Source: Macrostomum hystrix (Eukaryota > Animalia > Platyhelminthes). Taken from it: a stretch of 64,000 nucleotides of DNA. Shown here piece by piece: positions 36,696 to 48,383 of this stretch. A program made the translations under genes and the position numbers. Under the pieces are notes generated by a model that saw only the letters and a program-made list of their open reading frames with translations, did no database searches and was not told the origin of the DNA. Within the stretch, counting starts at the first letter, position 1; the number at the start of each line of letters is the position of its first letter. The stretch is taken from NCBI GenBank assembly GCA_950097015.1, contig CATNEN010000003.1:12338001-12402000 (forward strand), written 5' to 3'.

Positions 36696-37734
36696 TCACT
36701 CCTTGAGATGGGGTGTCACTCACTGGGAATGGGATGTCACTCCTTAGGATGACTCAAATCGACTTAAGAACCGACTCAAAATTGACTTAAGAACCGACTC
36801 AAAATTGACTTAAGAACCGACTCAAAATTGACTTAAGAACCGACTCAAAATTGACTTAAGAACCGACTCAAAATTGACTTAAGAACCGACTCAGAATCGA
36901 CCAAGAAAACAACGATTGGCGGCCTCACCTTGACTGAGAGCCAGTGAGGGAGCATAGATAACAATGCCCATGTAGAGTACCATCTGGACGCAGAAGCTGA
37001 TGGAGCCGGCGATTTGAACGGACTTGTGAAACCTCAGAACCTCAGCCTCAGATACTGATAGGAGGTGTTCACTCTCAGCCGATGGAACACCGGAATGAAG
37101 ATTTCGTTTGCAGCCAGGATGACAAAGAAATAAGATACGCCAATCCAGACGTACTGCGTCCCGTACACGTAGATCTCAGATGGTGTGCCTGTGGGTGGAG
37201 TAGATACAGAGAGTGAGAGTAGATACAGAGAGACTGAGAGTAGATACAGAGAGACTGAGAGTAGATGCAGAGAGAGTGAGAATAGATGCAGAGAGAGTGA
37301 GAGTAGATGCAGAGAGACTGAGAGTAGATACAGAGAGTGAGAGTAGATGCAGAGAGAGTGAGAGTAGATGCAGAGAGACTGAGAGTAGATACAGAGAGAC
37401 TGAGAGTAGATGCAGAGAGAGTGAGAATAGATGCAGAGAGACTGAGAGTAGATACAGAGTGGCTGAGAGTAGATACAGAGAGACTGAGAGTAGATACAGA
37501 GAGAGTGAGAGTAGATGCAGAGAGAGTGAGAGTAGATACCAAGAGAGTGAGAGTAGATACAGAGAGACTGAGAGTAGATGCAGAGAGAGTGAGAGTAGAT
37601 GCAGAGAGAGTGAGAGTAGATACAGAGAGAGTGAGAGTAGATACAGAGAGAGTGAGAGTAGATACAGAGAGAGTGAGAGTAGATACAGAGAGAGTGAGAG
37701 TTGATACAGAGAGAGTGAGAGTATCTACTCTCAG
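36696..37734 (-). pseudogene. Inverted, deleted duplicate of the SLC5 gene (exon 2 plus pieces of the intron 1, 2 and 10 arrays)
   Basis: 36929-37188 is the reverse complement of exon 2, with an 8-bp insertion (ctgaggtt) creating a stop after YQYLRLRF; it is flanked by the intron-specific minisatellites. Confidence 0.9.
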
Positions 37735-38088
37735 ACGCCAGACACGCCGGTGCAGCGATGGCACCACGTTGTTGCCGCCGGCGTTGGCCACCGACATCTG
37801 CGCTGCCTCGGGACCCGCCAGTCGCGGGTGCAGCTGCTTGGCGCCCCAGCCGTCCTCCCATTGGATGCGCGGTGCGTTCAGAGCGCTCGCCAGGTCGCCC
37901 GACACGAAAACGTCGTCGATCCAGAACATTCGTCGCCACTTGGCGCAATGGTGCAGCTTCTTGATGAGGCCGGCATTCATGACGTAGCCGTAGCCTTTGC
38001 AGTAGTTCGGGTACGTATCGCCTGGGTACTCGTCAAAGGAGACATACCACTTAATTTCCATATTTATGATTGGCTTAACGCGACTCAC
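37735..38088 (-). pseudogene. GT31 copy 4: isolated, 3'-truncated last exon fused to the SLC5 intron array
   Basis: VSRVKPIINMEIKWY...LHRRVWR then runs into the TLTLSVS repeat; no upstream GT31 exons are visible in 38.1-42 kb. Confidence 0.85.
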
Positions 38089-38377
38089 CTGTTTAAAATT
38101 CTGTACACTGTTTACAAAAACTTGTTGTTATGAAATAGACAAAGACAAACAGAAAACAAGCAGAAATTGTGATCGTAGTGACAGTATAGCAACCTGTCTA
38201 CATGTACTTTTGCATGAGCTGCTTTTAGCTGCCAGTTAGCCTGTCCTGTCCTATAAAATTTCGCAGAATAGGTCGACCATGTGCTATTTTTAGCAACTGA
38301 CCCTCTTCTAAGTCATATAGAGCCTTCTGATCGTTCCTCTTACGTCCAAATTTTATGGCCTCTTACGTCCTCTTACG

Positions 38378-38946
38378 TCACTGTTCCTGACACACTGTTC
38401 CTGACACACTGTTCCTGACACACTGTTCCTGACACACTGTTCCTGACACACTGTTCCTGAAACACTGTTCCTGATACACTGTTCCTGACACACTGTTTCT
38501 GAAACACTGTTCCTGACACACTGTTCCTGACACACTGTTTCTGAAACACTGTTCCTGACACACTGTTCCTGACAAACTGTTTCTGACACACTGTTCCTGA
38601 TACACTGTTCCTGATACACTGTTCCTGATACACTGTTCCTGATACACTGTTTCTGATACACTGTTCCTGATACACTGTTCCTGACACACTGTTCCTGACA
38701 CACTGTTTCTGACACACTGTTCCTGACACACTGTTCCTGACACACTGTTCCTGACACACTGTTCCTGACACACTGTTCCTGACACACTGTTCCTGATACA
38801 CTGTTCCTGATACACTGTTCCTGATACACTGTTCCTGATACACTGTTTCTGACACACTGTTCCTGACACACTGTTCCTGACACACTGTTCCTGACACACT
38901 GCTCCTGACACTCTGTTCCTGACACACTGTTCCTGACACACTGTTC
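38378..38946. repeat. 14-bp minisatellite CTGACACACTGTTC
   Basis: Direct tandem array. Confidence 0.97.
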
Positions 38947-39036
38947 CGGACGGAATAAACGGACTACAAATTAAGAACAATCGCCGTTAAAAGCAGCCTC
39001 TGCATCTTGTCGAGTTTCTGCAACGGCAGAAAAGTC

Positions 39037-39290
39037 ATGGCAGCTTTTGCTGCACGCTAGGCTGCTCGAATAACTCGTCAGTGTCTCCGCAGTGTCCTTC
39101 CATTTCTTTTCCAAAGGGAACTAAAATGAAAAGAAAGTGGCTGATTGCGCTTCAGCGCAAGGAGTTCAAACCATCGATGTCCACCCAAGTCTGCTCAGTC
39201 CAGTTTGCAGAGTCTTGCTTCAAGGAGCAACTAGCCGGCTTTCTGCCCACCACCAAATGCTGTTCCATCTATCTTCCCGGCGCTCCCTGA
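39037..39290 (+). pseudogene. Degenerate THAP zinc-finger domain (transposon relic)
   Basis: GCSNNS...FPKGTKMKRKWLIALQRKEFKPS...VCSVQF.ESCF, then PNAVPSIFP after a frameshift (AVP box). The Zn-binding His is replaced by Q. Confidence 0.75.
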
Positions 39291-40209
39291 CCGCCTGCAG
39301 TCGGAAAGCACCGGAAAATTAAACAGAGAGCCAAAACATTGAAGGACGCAATTCTGTATCTAATTCTTGCCAGATGCATGTTTAACGAAGCAGCGGCATC
39401 GAGATTGAATTTCTTGACCTCCGATTCACTGCTGAGCGGCATCGTACCTTGCAATACTGACGACCAAGCATTTGACTACTGCAACGTTGTTGCTGTTAAA
39501 TGTCGCTGCAGTCGATGATTGAATGGAATTCAAACAAATTCAAACAACTACAGTCAATGCGGCCCACTGTCGTCGTTTAGGTTCTCTCTTTGGCCCGCTA
39601 GCCCGACCCCTGCCATAGACTATGCTTTTGCCAAAAAAATGCGACATTCGTCAGTGTTCAGTAGACACAACGCGTTTTGTCGGAATAAATGACGCAGCGC
39701 TAATGGTGGCGTACCCACGTCTTGGAGCAGATATAATTCAGATTGTATTATAGTTACTCTGATGACATCGTGTGAGCTATAAAACCTAACAGTGCAGTTG
39801 CACGCGCACGCCATTATTATCCGGCGTGAAGACATGCGTGTCACATCCATCACACAGCAGCTGCGAGAATTAAGCGGCATGGTCCCTCGCATGTATAGCA
39901 AGTAGCAACTGCCGCGCCTCTTCTCTGATTCACAAGAACTTATCTTTTCTGTTTGTCTGTGAAAAACGCGAAAGTTTCCTATTTCGCTAGTGTATTTTAT
40001 GAGAAAGTCAGCTTTTAATAACGTTTCCAAGAAACGAAGTCTCACGTTTTCCTTCTACTGGTCCGTGTTATTTAATTGCTTGCTCCCACTCTCTATTAGC
40101 TTGCAAAATGCTACATTACCTAACTTGCTATATAGCTGTCTGAAGATGCTTAAGGCTCGGTAGCAAAACGGTGCGGCCTCGGACCCCAGCTGCAAGAGAA
40201 ACCTGCTAC

Positions 40210-41308
40210 TGTGTAGAAAGCATTGCCATCAGCTGCACTAGAGATTAATTGCTCTGCCGAAACCTCATTGGCGAATCAATATCAGTTCAACAAAAATTAG
40301 CAATGTAACCAACACAATGTAATCGAAAATACGAGTAACAGCCGACACGGTTATGTGGTGTGTCGCTGCCTCACTTTCCAATGGTCGCTGCTTCGTTCCT
40401 CCCTCCAAGTTACGATTAATTTCAGGTCTTGGTTGGAGGTTAGCGAAGTAGTGACTTGCGGAGATGCACCTTATTCTGTGCAACCAAAGCTAATTTACAT
40501 AGCTGAACCCCTGCCTTCTGCATGCCTGCTTGTGCGACTCCATTATGTGCGTTGGGCCGGGTGTGAGGCGTTGTATGGAGTGGGGCGGGTGTGCACCAGC
40601 CATGCGAGCTCTGAGCGGCGGGTTTCACCAGCCGTCTGCGCGCGTGGCTTGGTCCTCTCGTCCCTACCCTTCTGGCATCTAAGTCCTCCCTGGTTTGGTC
40701 TCCTCTGTGCGTGTGCGGGTCTGGGGTGAGATGCACTTCGACTGCCGCCCCCTTCCCCGCTTGGCTTGCTGCTGTGCGTGAGGTGCCTGTGTCCAGGGGT
40801 CCAGATGGGCGAGTCGCGATGGGCGACTCTCGCCTAGTTCGCCGGCCTGGGGCATGCCGTTCCTGCGCTTGTGCGTCAAGTGCCCCAGGCCCCCTGCAAA
40901 TAAGAAGAAGACTGTGCACTTCAGTTTGTTTTATTCGCGCTGTACCCTAGCCTTGTTTATCCCGGCTCGCTTGCTTCGCCCTCGCCCTCGCCTCGCCGGC
41001 CGATTGGCTGAGCCAGGCAGCCCTCCCCCCTTTTTTCTCTCTCAGCACTGCGAGGCTATGCCCCAGCCAATCAGATCTGCCGAGCTCTGCCCCTCCCCAC
41101 CCAGACCGGTTTGGCTCTATTTATGACCGCCCAGTGAGCCTGGGCCCCACTGCGACAGTCCCTTACTGCGAAGACTTTACTTATCGCGTGCTCTATTGCT
41201 GATACAATAAAATACAACTTGCTGATCTTTCGCCTGACAGGCTGCTCTATCGACCGGAAATAGACATCGCCCGTTGTTACCTACTTCTGGGGTGCTGGGT
41301 TCGTGTCA
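40210..41308 (+). mobile_element. Possible solo LTR interrupted by a SINE
   Basis: TG...CA ends flanked by CTAC on both sides (40206-40209, 41309-41312); CCAAT (~41067), TATTTA (~41118) and AATAAA (~41206) occur in LTR-like order. Confidence 0.4.
40340..40912 (+). mobile_element. SINE family C, diverged copy
   Basis: Collinear with the reverse complement of 32132-32727 from head (gtcgctgcctc) to tail (gccccctgcaaataagaagaag). Confidence 0.75.
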
Positions 41309-42113
41309 CTACTATTTAGGCAGGGCGTCCCAACGCCTGGATATTGCTTTAGAATTACCAATGATCGTAGTACTGTACTATACCACTGTACTGTATTTGC
41401 ACCCTATTTTAGAAGCACAGTCCCTTCACCACTATGCCAGACGAAGTCTGAGCGTCCTAACGCCAGGCTGAGTAACGTGCGATCCATTTTGAGTACCAAC
41501 GCCTGGCGTGCATCGACGATAGGAGACACCTTAAATAAAATGGCTATCGCGTGAACTAACATTCGCTCTGAAAAGAGCCTATAGAAAAGCCGGTTCACAC
41601 AATTTTGTCACACATAGAGTCACTCACGAGTCACTTTCTGATCACTATCGCTTTCAACTGCCCAGCATGGACAGAAAATAGCTCATCTAAATGCTGCATC
41701 ATGCAGTGTAACTACATTCTGCACACTAGGCGTCTGTAACAGCCCCGAGAAAATTTTATAAACAGGAAGCTTGGAAAGCACCAATCAAACTAGACTGGTA
41801 TTTTCCTGACCAGTGTAAAATAAATTCATAAATATGGAGATTAAACGTAAGAATGTAATTGCACGTGATAAACCACGACAAAAACAACGCGGCTTGAAGC
41901 CGAATCGTTATCGAAAGCAGTAAGTATTTTTCTCAACAACTACAAACTCCAGGCAGAGCAAGATAAAGCAACTAGGAGAATGGATAAATAAAAGCGAAGA
42001 CAGCACCACTAAATAATTAGTTAGAAGGTTTCGCACAAATCGTGGCGCCATCGCGAATCCATTGCACCAGCGGGATCAATTCTGCCAAACACAATCGCTG
42101 GAATCTTCGAGCA

Positions 42114-43498
42114 ATGGTCCTGGGAACAGCTGTCTACAGTGTTCTGATGGCCTTCCTGCTGCTAAGAATGTCGACTGGAAGCAGCCCAGAACCTGCTTCA
42201 AATACAAATGTCAGGTAGGCACTCACACATTCCCAAAGCAATTACCACATGCAAGAGTGCAGCAAATCGTATTTGTTTTCACATCAAAGCAGAACTCATC
42301 GTCCAATACCGGACAATGAGCCAACGGCATCAAGAGACCCGAACTGGAGGCTACAAACCATTGGGAACACTGTTGACAGACACGAGCCGTCCAAACAGCA
42401 AATCAGCAGCCAACATCCCCAATCAATAGTCAAAGTCAACCATCCTCTGTCAACGTCTGCGTCGCTGCAGTATCGACAGCGCTGTTGGAAAGCCAACTAC
42501 AGCAGTCCGGACCGTCAGCCAGTGGACCACACGCCTCGACCGTTCCTGATCAGCGCTGGACCAGCTCAGTGCCGCGGAGACATCTTCCTGCTGATCTTCG
42601 TGCAGTCGGCAGTGCAGAATCGAGCTCGACGCGACCTCATCCGAGCCACCTGGGCCTCCGTAACAAACATCGGCGGCGACCGTCTACAGACGCTCTTCTT
42701 CGTCGGCAGGACAGGCGAACCGAGTCAAGATGAAGCTCTGCGACGAGAGAGTGACACTCGAGCGGACATTGTGCAGGCAGACTTCGTCGACTCCTACAGG
42801 AACCTCACCTACAAGCACCTGTACGCACTGAAGTGGATCGCCGAGAGCTGCAGCTCTGTTCGCTACGTCATGAAGGTCGACGACGATGTCGTAGTGAATG
42901 TGTTCACGCTGCGGGAGTCGTTGCGGGAGGTCGTGGGCTCGAGGAGTGGAGACTTCTTTTACTGCGAGGTGATTTCCCGAGTTTTAAGAGCTTTCAATTT
43001 GCAAGTTTGCACTGGCGTCATCATCACTGGTGTCATGAGCATATGCCTCCAATTTATAGCAAGTGTCCAATTTTGAGGTCCTTATAAAGCTGCCAATCTA
43101 ATTTTTTACAGGTGAGTCGCGTTAAGCCAATCAGAACTAAGGCATCAAAGTGGTATGTCTCCCTTGACGAGTACCCAGGCGATACGTACCCTGACTACTG
43201 CAAAGGCTACGGCTACGTGATGAATGCCGGCCTCATCAAGAAGCTGCACCATTGCGCCAAGTGGCGTCGAATGTTCTGGATCGACGACGTTTTCGTGTCG
43301 GGCGACCTGGCGAGCGCTCTGAACGCACCGCGCATCCAATGGGAGGACGGCAGGGGCGCCAAGCAGCTGCACCCGCGACTGGCGGGTGCCGAGGCAGCGC
43401 AGATGTCAGTGGCCAACGCCGGTGGCAACAACGTGGTGCCATCGCTGCACCGGCGTGTGTGGCGGGCCATCGTCAGGTTCAGCGACTGGGGCCGGTAG
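42114..43498 (+). CDS. GT31 beta-1,3-galactosyltransferase-like protein, copy 3 (exons 42114-42214, ~42293-42968, 43112-43498)
   Basis: MVLGTAVYSVLMAFLLLRMSTGSSPEPASNTNVR|THRPIPD...; GT-AG introns keep the frame; all GT31 motifs are present. Confidence 0.88.
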
Positions 43499-43863
43499 AA
43501 GACTCAAGACTGGAAGCTGAACTGTGCGGTTCAGCTACCTGACTCGTTTCGATATTGCAATACATATGGGACATAAATAAATCGTTGATGGTCTATGGTG
43601 ATACTGAAGTACTCAATCCAGTTCTTGGTACATGGCCAGAGACTATAAATAAAAGTTTATCAGAGTGGTGTTATAACACAGGTCTGATATGTTTTAGTGT
43701 TATCGACTAATATAGATATGTAAAACCTATAAAATAAAATAAGAATTTGTGGCAGTAACTAGATCGTAACTAGCTAGTTGCAAAGCCGCTATGAGTAATT
43801 AATGAATAGCATGTATTTTTCGGTTGCAAATCTGAAATTGATTTTTCTACAGTTCATTTAATT

Positions 43864-46800
43864 CTGGGGTTTAGCAAACTCCGGCACGCAGGCCAGATGC
43901 GGCCCTCGAAGCTCCCGAATCCGGCCCGTTGCCCCTTCCAACACCTATAGCTAGTGTCCTGTCTCATTTCTCCCGTGTCTGATCTGTCCTGTCTCATCTC
44001 TCCCGTGTCTGATCCGTCCTGCCCTATCTCTCCCGTGTCTGATCTGTCCTGTCATCTCTCCCGTGTCTGATCCGTCCTGTCATCTCTCCCGTGTCTGATC
44101 TGTCCTGTCATCTCTCCCGTGTCTGATCCGTCCTGCCCTATCTCTCCCGTGTCTGATCTGTCCTGTCCTATCTCTCCAGTGTCTGATCTGTCCTGTCCTA
44201 TCTCTCGAGTGTCTGATCTGTCCTGTCCTATCTCTCCCGTGTCTGATCTGTCCTGTCCTATCTCTCCCGTGTCTGATCTGTCCTGTCCTATCTCTCCAGT
44301 GTCTGATCTGTCCTGTCCTATCTCTCCAGTGTCTGATCTGTCCTGTCCTATCTCTCCCGTGTCTGATCTGTCCTGTCCTATCTCTCCCGTGTCTGATCTG
44401 TCCTGTCCTATCTCTCCCGTGTCTGATCTGTCCTGTCCTATCTCTCCAGTGTCTGATCTGTCCTGTCCTATCTCTCCAGTGTCTGATCTGTCCTGTCCTA
44501 TCTCTCCCGTGTCTGATCTGTCCTGTCCTATCTCTCCCGTGTCTGATCTGTCCTGTCCTATCTCTCCCGTGTCTGATCTGTCCTGTCCTATCTCTCCAGT
44601 GTCTGATCTGTCCTGTCCTATCTCTCGAGTGTCTGATCTGTCCTGTCCTATCTCTCCCGTGTCTGATCTGTCCTGTCCTATCTCTCGAGTGTCTGATCTG
44701 TCCTGTCCTATCTCTCCCGTGTCTGATCTGTCCTGTCCTATCTCTCCAGTGTCTGATCTGTCCTGTCCTATCTCTCGAGTGTCTGATCTGTCCTGTCCTA
44801 TCTCTCCAGTGTCTGATCTGTCCTGTCCTATCTCTCCCGTGTCTGATCTGTCCTGTCCTATCTCTCCCGTGTCTGATCTGTCCTGTCCTATCTCTCCAGT
44901 GTCTGATCTGTCCTGTCCTATCTCTCCAGTGTCTGATCTGTCCTGTCCTATCTCTCCAGTGTCTGATCTGTCCTGTCCTATCTCTCCAGTGTCTGATCTG
45001 TCCTGTCCTATCTCTCCCGTGTCTGATCTGTCCTGTCCTATCTCTCCAGTGTCTGATCTGTCCTGTCCTATCTCTCCCGTGTCTGATCTGTCCTGTCCTA
45101 TCTCTCCCGTGTCTGATCTGTCCTGTCCTATCTCTCCCGTGTCTGATCTGTCCTGTCCTATCTCTCCAGTGTCTGATCTGTCCTGTCCTATCTCTCCAGT
45201 GTCTGATCTGTCCTGTCCTATCTCTCCCGTGTCTGATCTGTCCTGTCCTATCTCTCCCGTGTCTGATCTGTCCTGTCCTATCTCTCCCGTGTCTGATCTG
45301 TCCTGTCCTATCTCTCCAGTGTCTGATCTGTCCTGTCCTATCTCTCGAGTGTCTGATCTGTCCTGTCCTATCTCTCCCGTGTCTGATCTGTCCTGTCCTA
45401 TCTCTCGAGTGTCTGATCTGTCCTGTCCTATCTCTCCCGTGTCTGATCTGTCCTGTCCTATCTCTCTAGTGTCTGATCTGTCCTGTCCTATCTCTCGAGT
45501 GTCTGATCTGTCCTGTCCTATCTCTCCCGTGTCTGATCTGTCCTGTCCTATCTCTCCCGTGTCTGATCTGTCCTGTCCTATCTCTCCCGTGTCTGATCTG
45601 TCCTGTCCTATCTCTCCAGTGTCTGATCTGTCCTGTCCTATCTCTCCCGTGTCTGATCTGTCCTGTCCTATCTCTCGAGTGTCTGATCTGTCCTGTCCTA
45701 TCTCTCCAGTGTCTGATCTGTCCTGTCCTATCTCTCCCGTGTCTGATCTGTCCTGTCCTATCTCTCCCGTGTCTGATCTGTCCTGTCCTATCTCTCGAGT
45801 GTCTGATCTGTCCTGTCCTATCTCTCCCGTGTCTGATCTGTCCTGTCCTATCTCTCCAGTGTCTGATCTGTCCTGTCCTATCTCTCGAGTGTCTGATCTG
45901 TCCTGTCCTATCTCTCCAGTGTCTGATCTGTCCTGTCCTATCTCTCCCGTGTCTGATCTGTCCTGTCCTATCTCTCCCGTGTCTGATCTGTCCTGTCCTA
46001 TCTCTCCAGTGTCTGATCTGTCCTGTCCTATCTCTCCAGTGTCTGATCTGTCCTGTCCTATCTCTCCAGTGTCTGATCTGTCCTGTCCTATCTCTCCAGT
46101 GTCTGATCTGTCCTGTCCTATCTCTCCCGTGTCTGATCTGTCCTGTCCTATCTCTCCAGTGTCTGATCTGTCCTGTCCTATCTCTCCCGTGTCTGATCTG
46201 TCCTGTCCTATCTCTCCCGTGTCTGATCTGTCCTGTCCTATCTCTCCCGTGTCTGATCTGTCCTGTCCTATCTCTCCAGTGTCTGATCTGTCCTGTCCTA
46301 TCTCTCCAGTGTCTGATCTGTCCTGTCCTATCTCTCCCGTGTCTGATCTGTCCTGTCCTATCTCTCCCGTGTCTGATCTGTCCTGTCCTATCTCTCCCGT
46401 GTCTGATCTGTCCTGTCCTATCTCTCCAGTGTCTGATCTGTCCTGTCCTATCTCTCGAGTGTCTGATCTGTCCTGTCCTATCTCTCCCGTGTCTGATCTG
46501 TCCTGTCCTATCTCTCGAGTGTCTGATCTGTCCTGTCCTATCTCTCCCGTGTCTGATCTGTCCTGTCCTATCTCTCTAGTGTCTGATCTGTCCTGTCCTA
46601 TCTCTCGAGTGTCTGATCTGTCCTGTCCTATCTCTCCCGTGTCTGATCTGTCCTGTCCTATCTCTCCCGTGTCTGATCTGTCCTGTCCTATCTCTCGAGT
46701 GTCTGATCTGTCCTGTCCTATCTCTCCAGTGTCTGATCTGTCCTGTCCTATCTCTCCCGTGTCTGATCTGTCCTGTCCTATCTCTCCAGTGTCTGATCTG

Positions 46801-47316
46801 TCCTGTCCTATCTCTCCAGTGTCTGATCTGTCCTGTCCTATCTCTCCAGTGTCTGATCTGTCCTGTCCTATCTCTCCAGTGTCTGATCTGTCCTGTCCTA
46901 TCTCTCCCGTGTCTGATCTGTCCTGTCCTATCTCTCGAGTGTCTGATCTGTCCTGTCCTATCTCTCCCGTGTCTGATCTGTCCTGTCCTATCTCTCGAGT
47001 GTCTGATCTGTCCTGTCCTATCTCTCCAGTGTCTGATCTGTCCTGTCCTATCTCTCCCGTGTCTGATCTGTCCTGTCCTATCTCTCCCGTGTCTGATCTG
47101 TCCTGTCCTATCTCTCCCGTGTCTGATCTGTCCTGTCCTATCTCTCCAGTGTCTGATCTGTCCTGTCCTATCTCTCCCGTGTCTGATCTGTCCTGTCCTA
47201 TCTCTCCAGTGTCTGATCTGTCCTGTCCTATCTCTCCCGTGTCGCATATTCCAACAGTTCATTCGGCATGTGGTCTTTCAAGTTCTCTCAGTGGGCCGCA
47301 AGTTTGCCGGCCCCTG
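43864..47316 (+). mobile_element. hAT/Charlie-type MITE whose interior is a 3.3-kb satellite
   Basis: Ends CTGGGGTTTAGCAAAC...GGCCAGATGCGGCCC and GGGCCGCAAGTTTGCCGGCCCCTG; the left ~90 bp match the element ending at 32747. Confidence 0.8.
43960..47243. repeat. 30-bp satellite TCCTGTCCTATCTCTC(CC/CA/GA/TA)GTGTCTGATCTG, about 105 units
   Basis: Direct tandem array; source of the spurious 1067-aa ORF. Confidence 0.98.
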
Positions 47317-48383
47317 ATCTAAAGCTTTCCTCAAATAATTTGAGCACAGTAAGAAAGAAAACAGACATTTTGTTTTTATTTCTGACCAAGATAAGCAGCT
47401 ATAAGTTTATGTCAGTCAATAGTATTTATCTTTTGCAGGTTTTTTGCCCTGCACAATACACAATGTCCTAGAGCAAGCATATTAGAGATTGACAACGTGA
47501 TAAACTGTATTGAAATACTAGTACATTATTACAATAGTACAATACAAGTTATAAATAAATAGGCAGTTAAGAAAAACTATAAATGTAACATGACTTAGGC
47601 AAACTAATAATTTAATATTAACATTTTAACCGAAGCAGATGAATACACACATATAAAATGTGTCCACAAATGAACAAAATAGGATGCACCAGGCTGCTAA
47701 ATCAGAGCTCAGTAGTTTGTTTTCCTAATAAACAGATTGATTGCAATTTTGGCCCGATACGAGTTTAGAACTAGAACTGTTTGTTCAATTTTAGTACACT
47801 GGAATCTAAAGTTGGAGAATAAAAATAAATTGGTAATAACTGCCCAATAACACGCTGTTGACAACGTATTAGTATAAGTATTTTTAGATACCAAATAATC
47901 AATAGAGATAGTAAACAGCCTTCACCTGCCAGTTTATAAGGAAATGAAATTGTTATAATATATACTATTTATAGCACTATTAGTATCGTAGACACAAGTA
48001 ATTATTTAGGATTAGAATAAAGTCGACTGTTTCTGTATGAAACTGGTAATTAAAGAAATTTGTGTATTAAATGTCAACAATAATTTACTCTCTGCCTACT
48101 GTAAGTAGGTAATTACGAAATAGATTTTATAAATCAATCAACTAGAGTAGATGTAGATAGCATCTTTGATTGAAACCAAACTAAACAGTAACGAGACAGA
48201 TAAGACATAACAGACACAAATAGAGAGAGATAAAAAAGCAACAAAAATACAATAATTATCACCACATATGTACTTGTCTACAGTAAAAAACTGTCTTTTT
48301 TAAACATTTTCCCAAATCAGGTGTCGGATCGGTACTAACAAAGTTTTGAACAAATCCGAAGTAGATGATTTAATTGAGTTTCT

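Noticed and set aside
44119-47322. 1067-aa (SDLSCPISPV)n ORF as a structural or adhesive protein
   Set aside because: A pure 30-bp satellite inside MITE ends, with a non-ATG start and no signal peptide; variation is confined to one dinucleotide.
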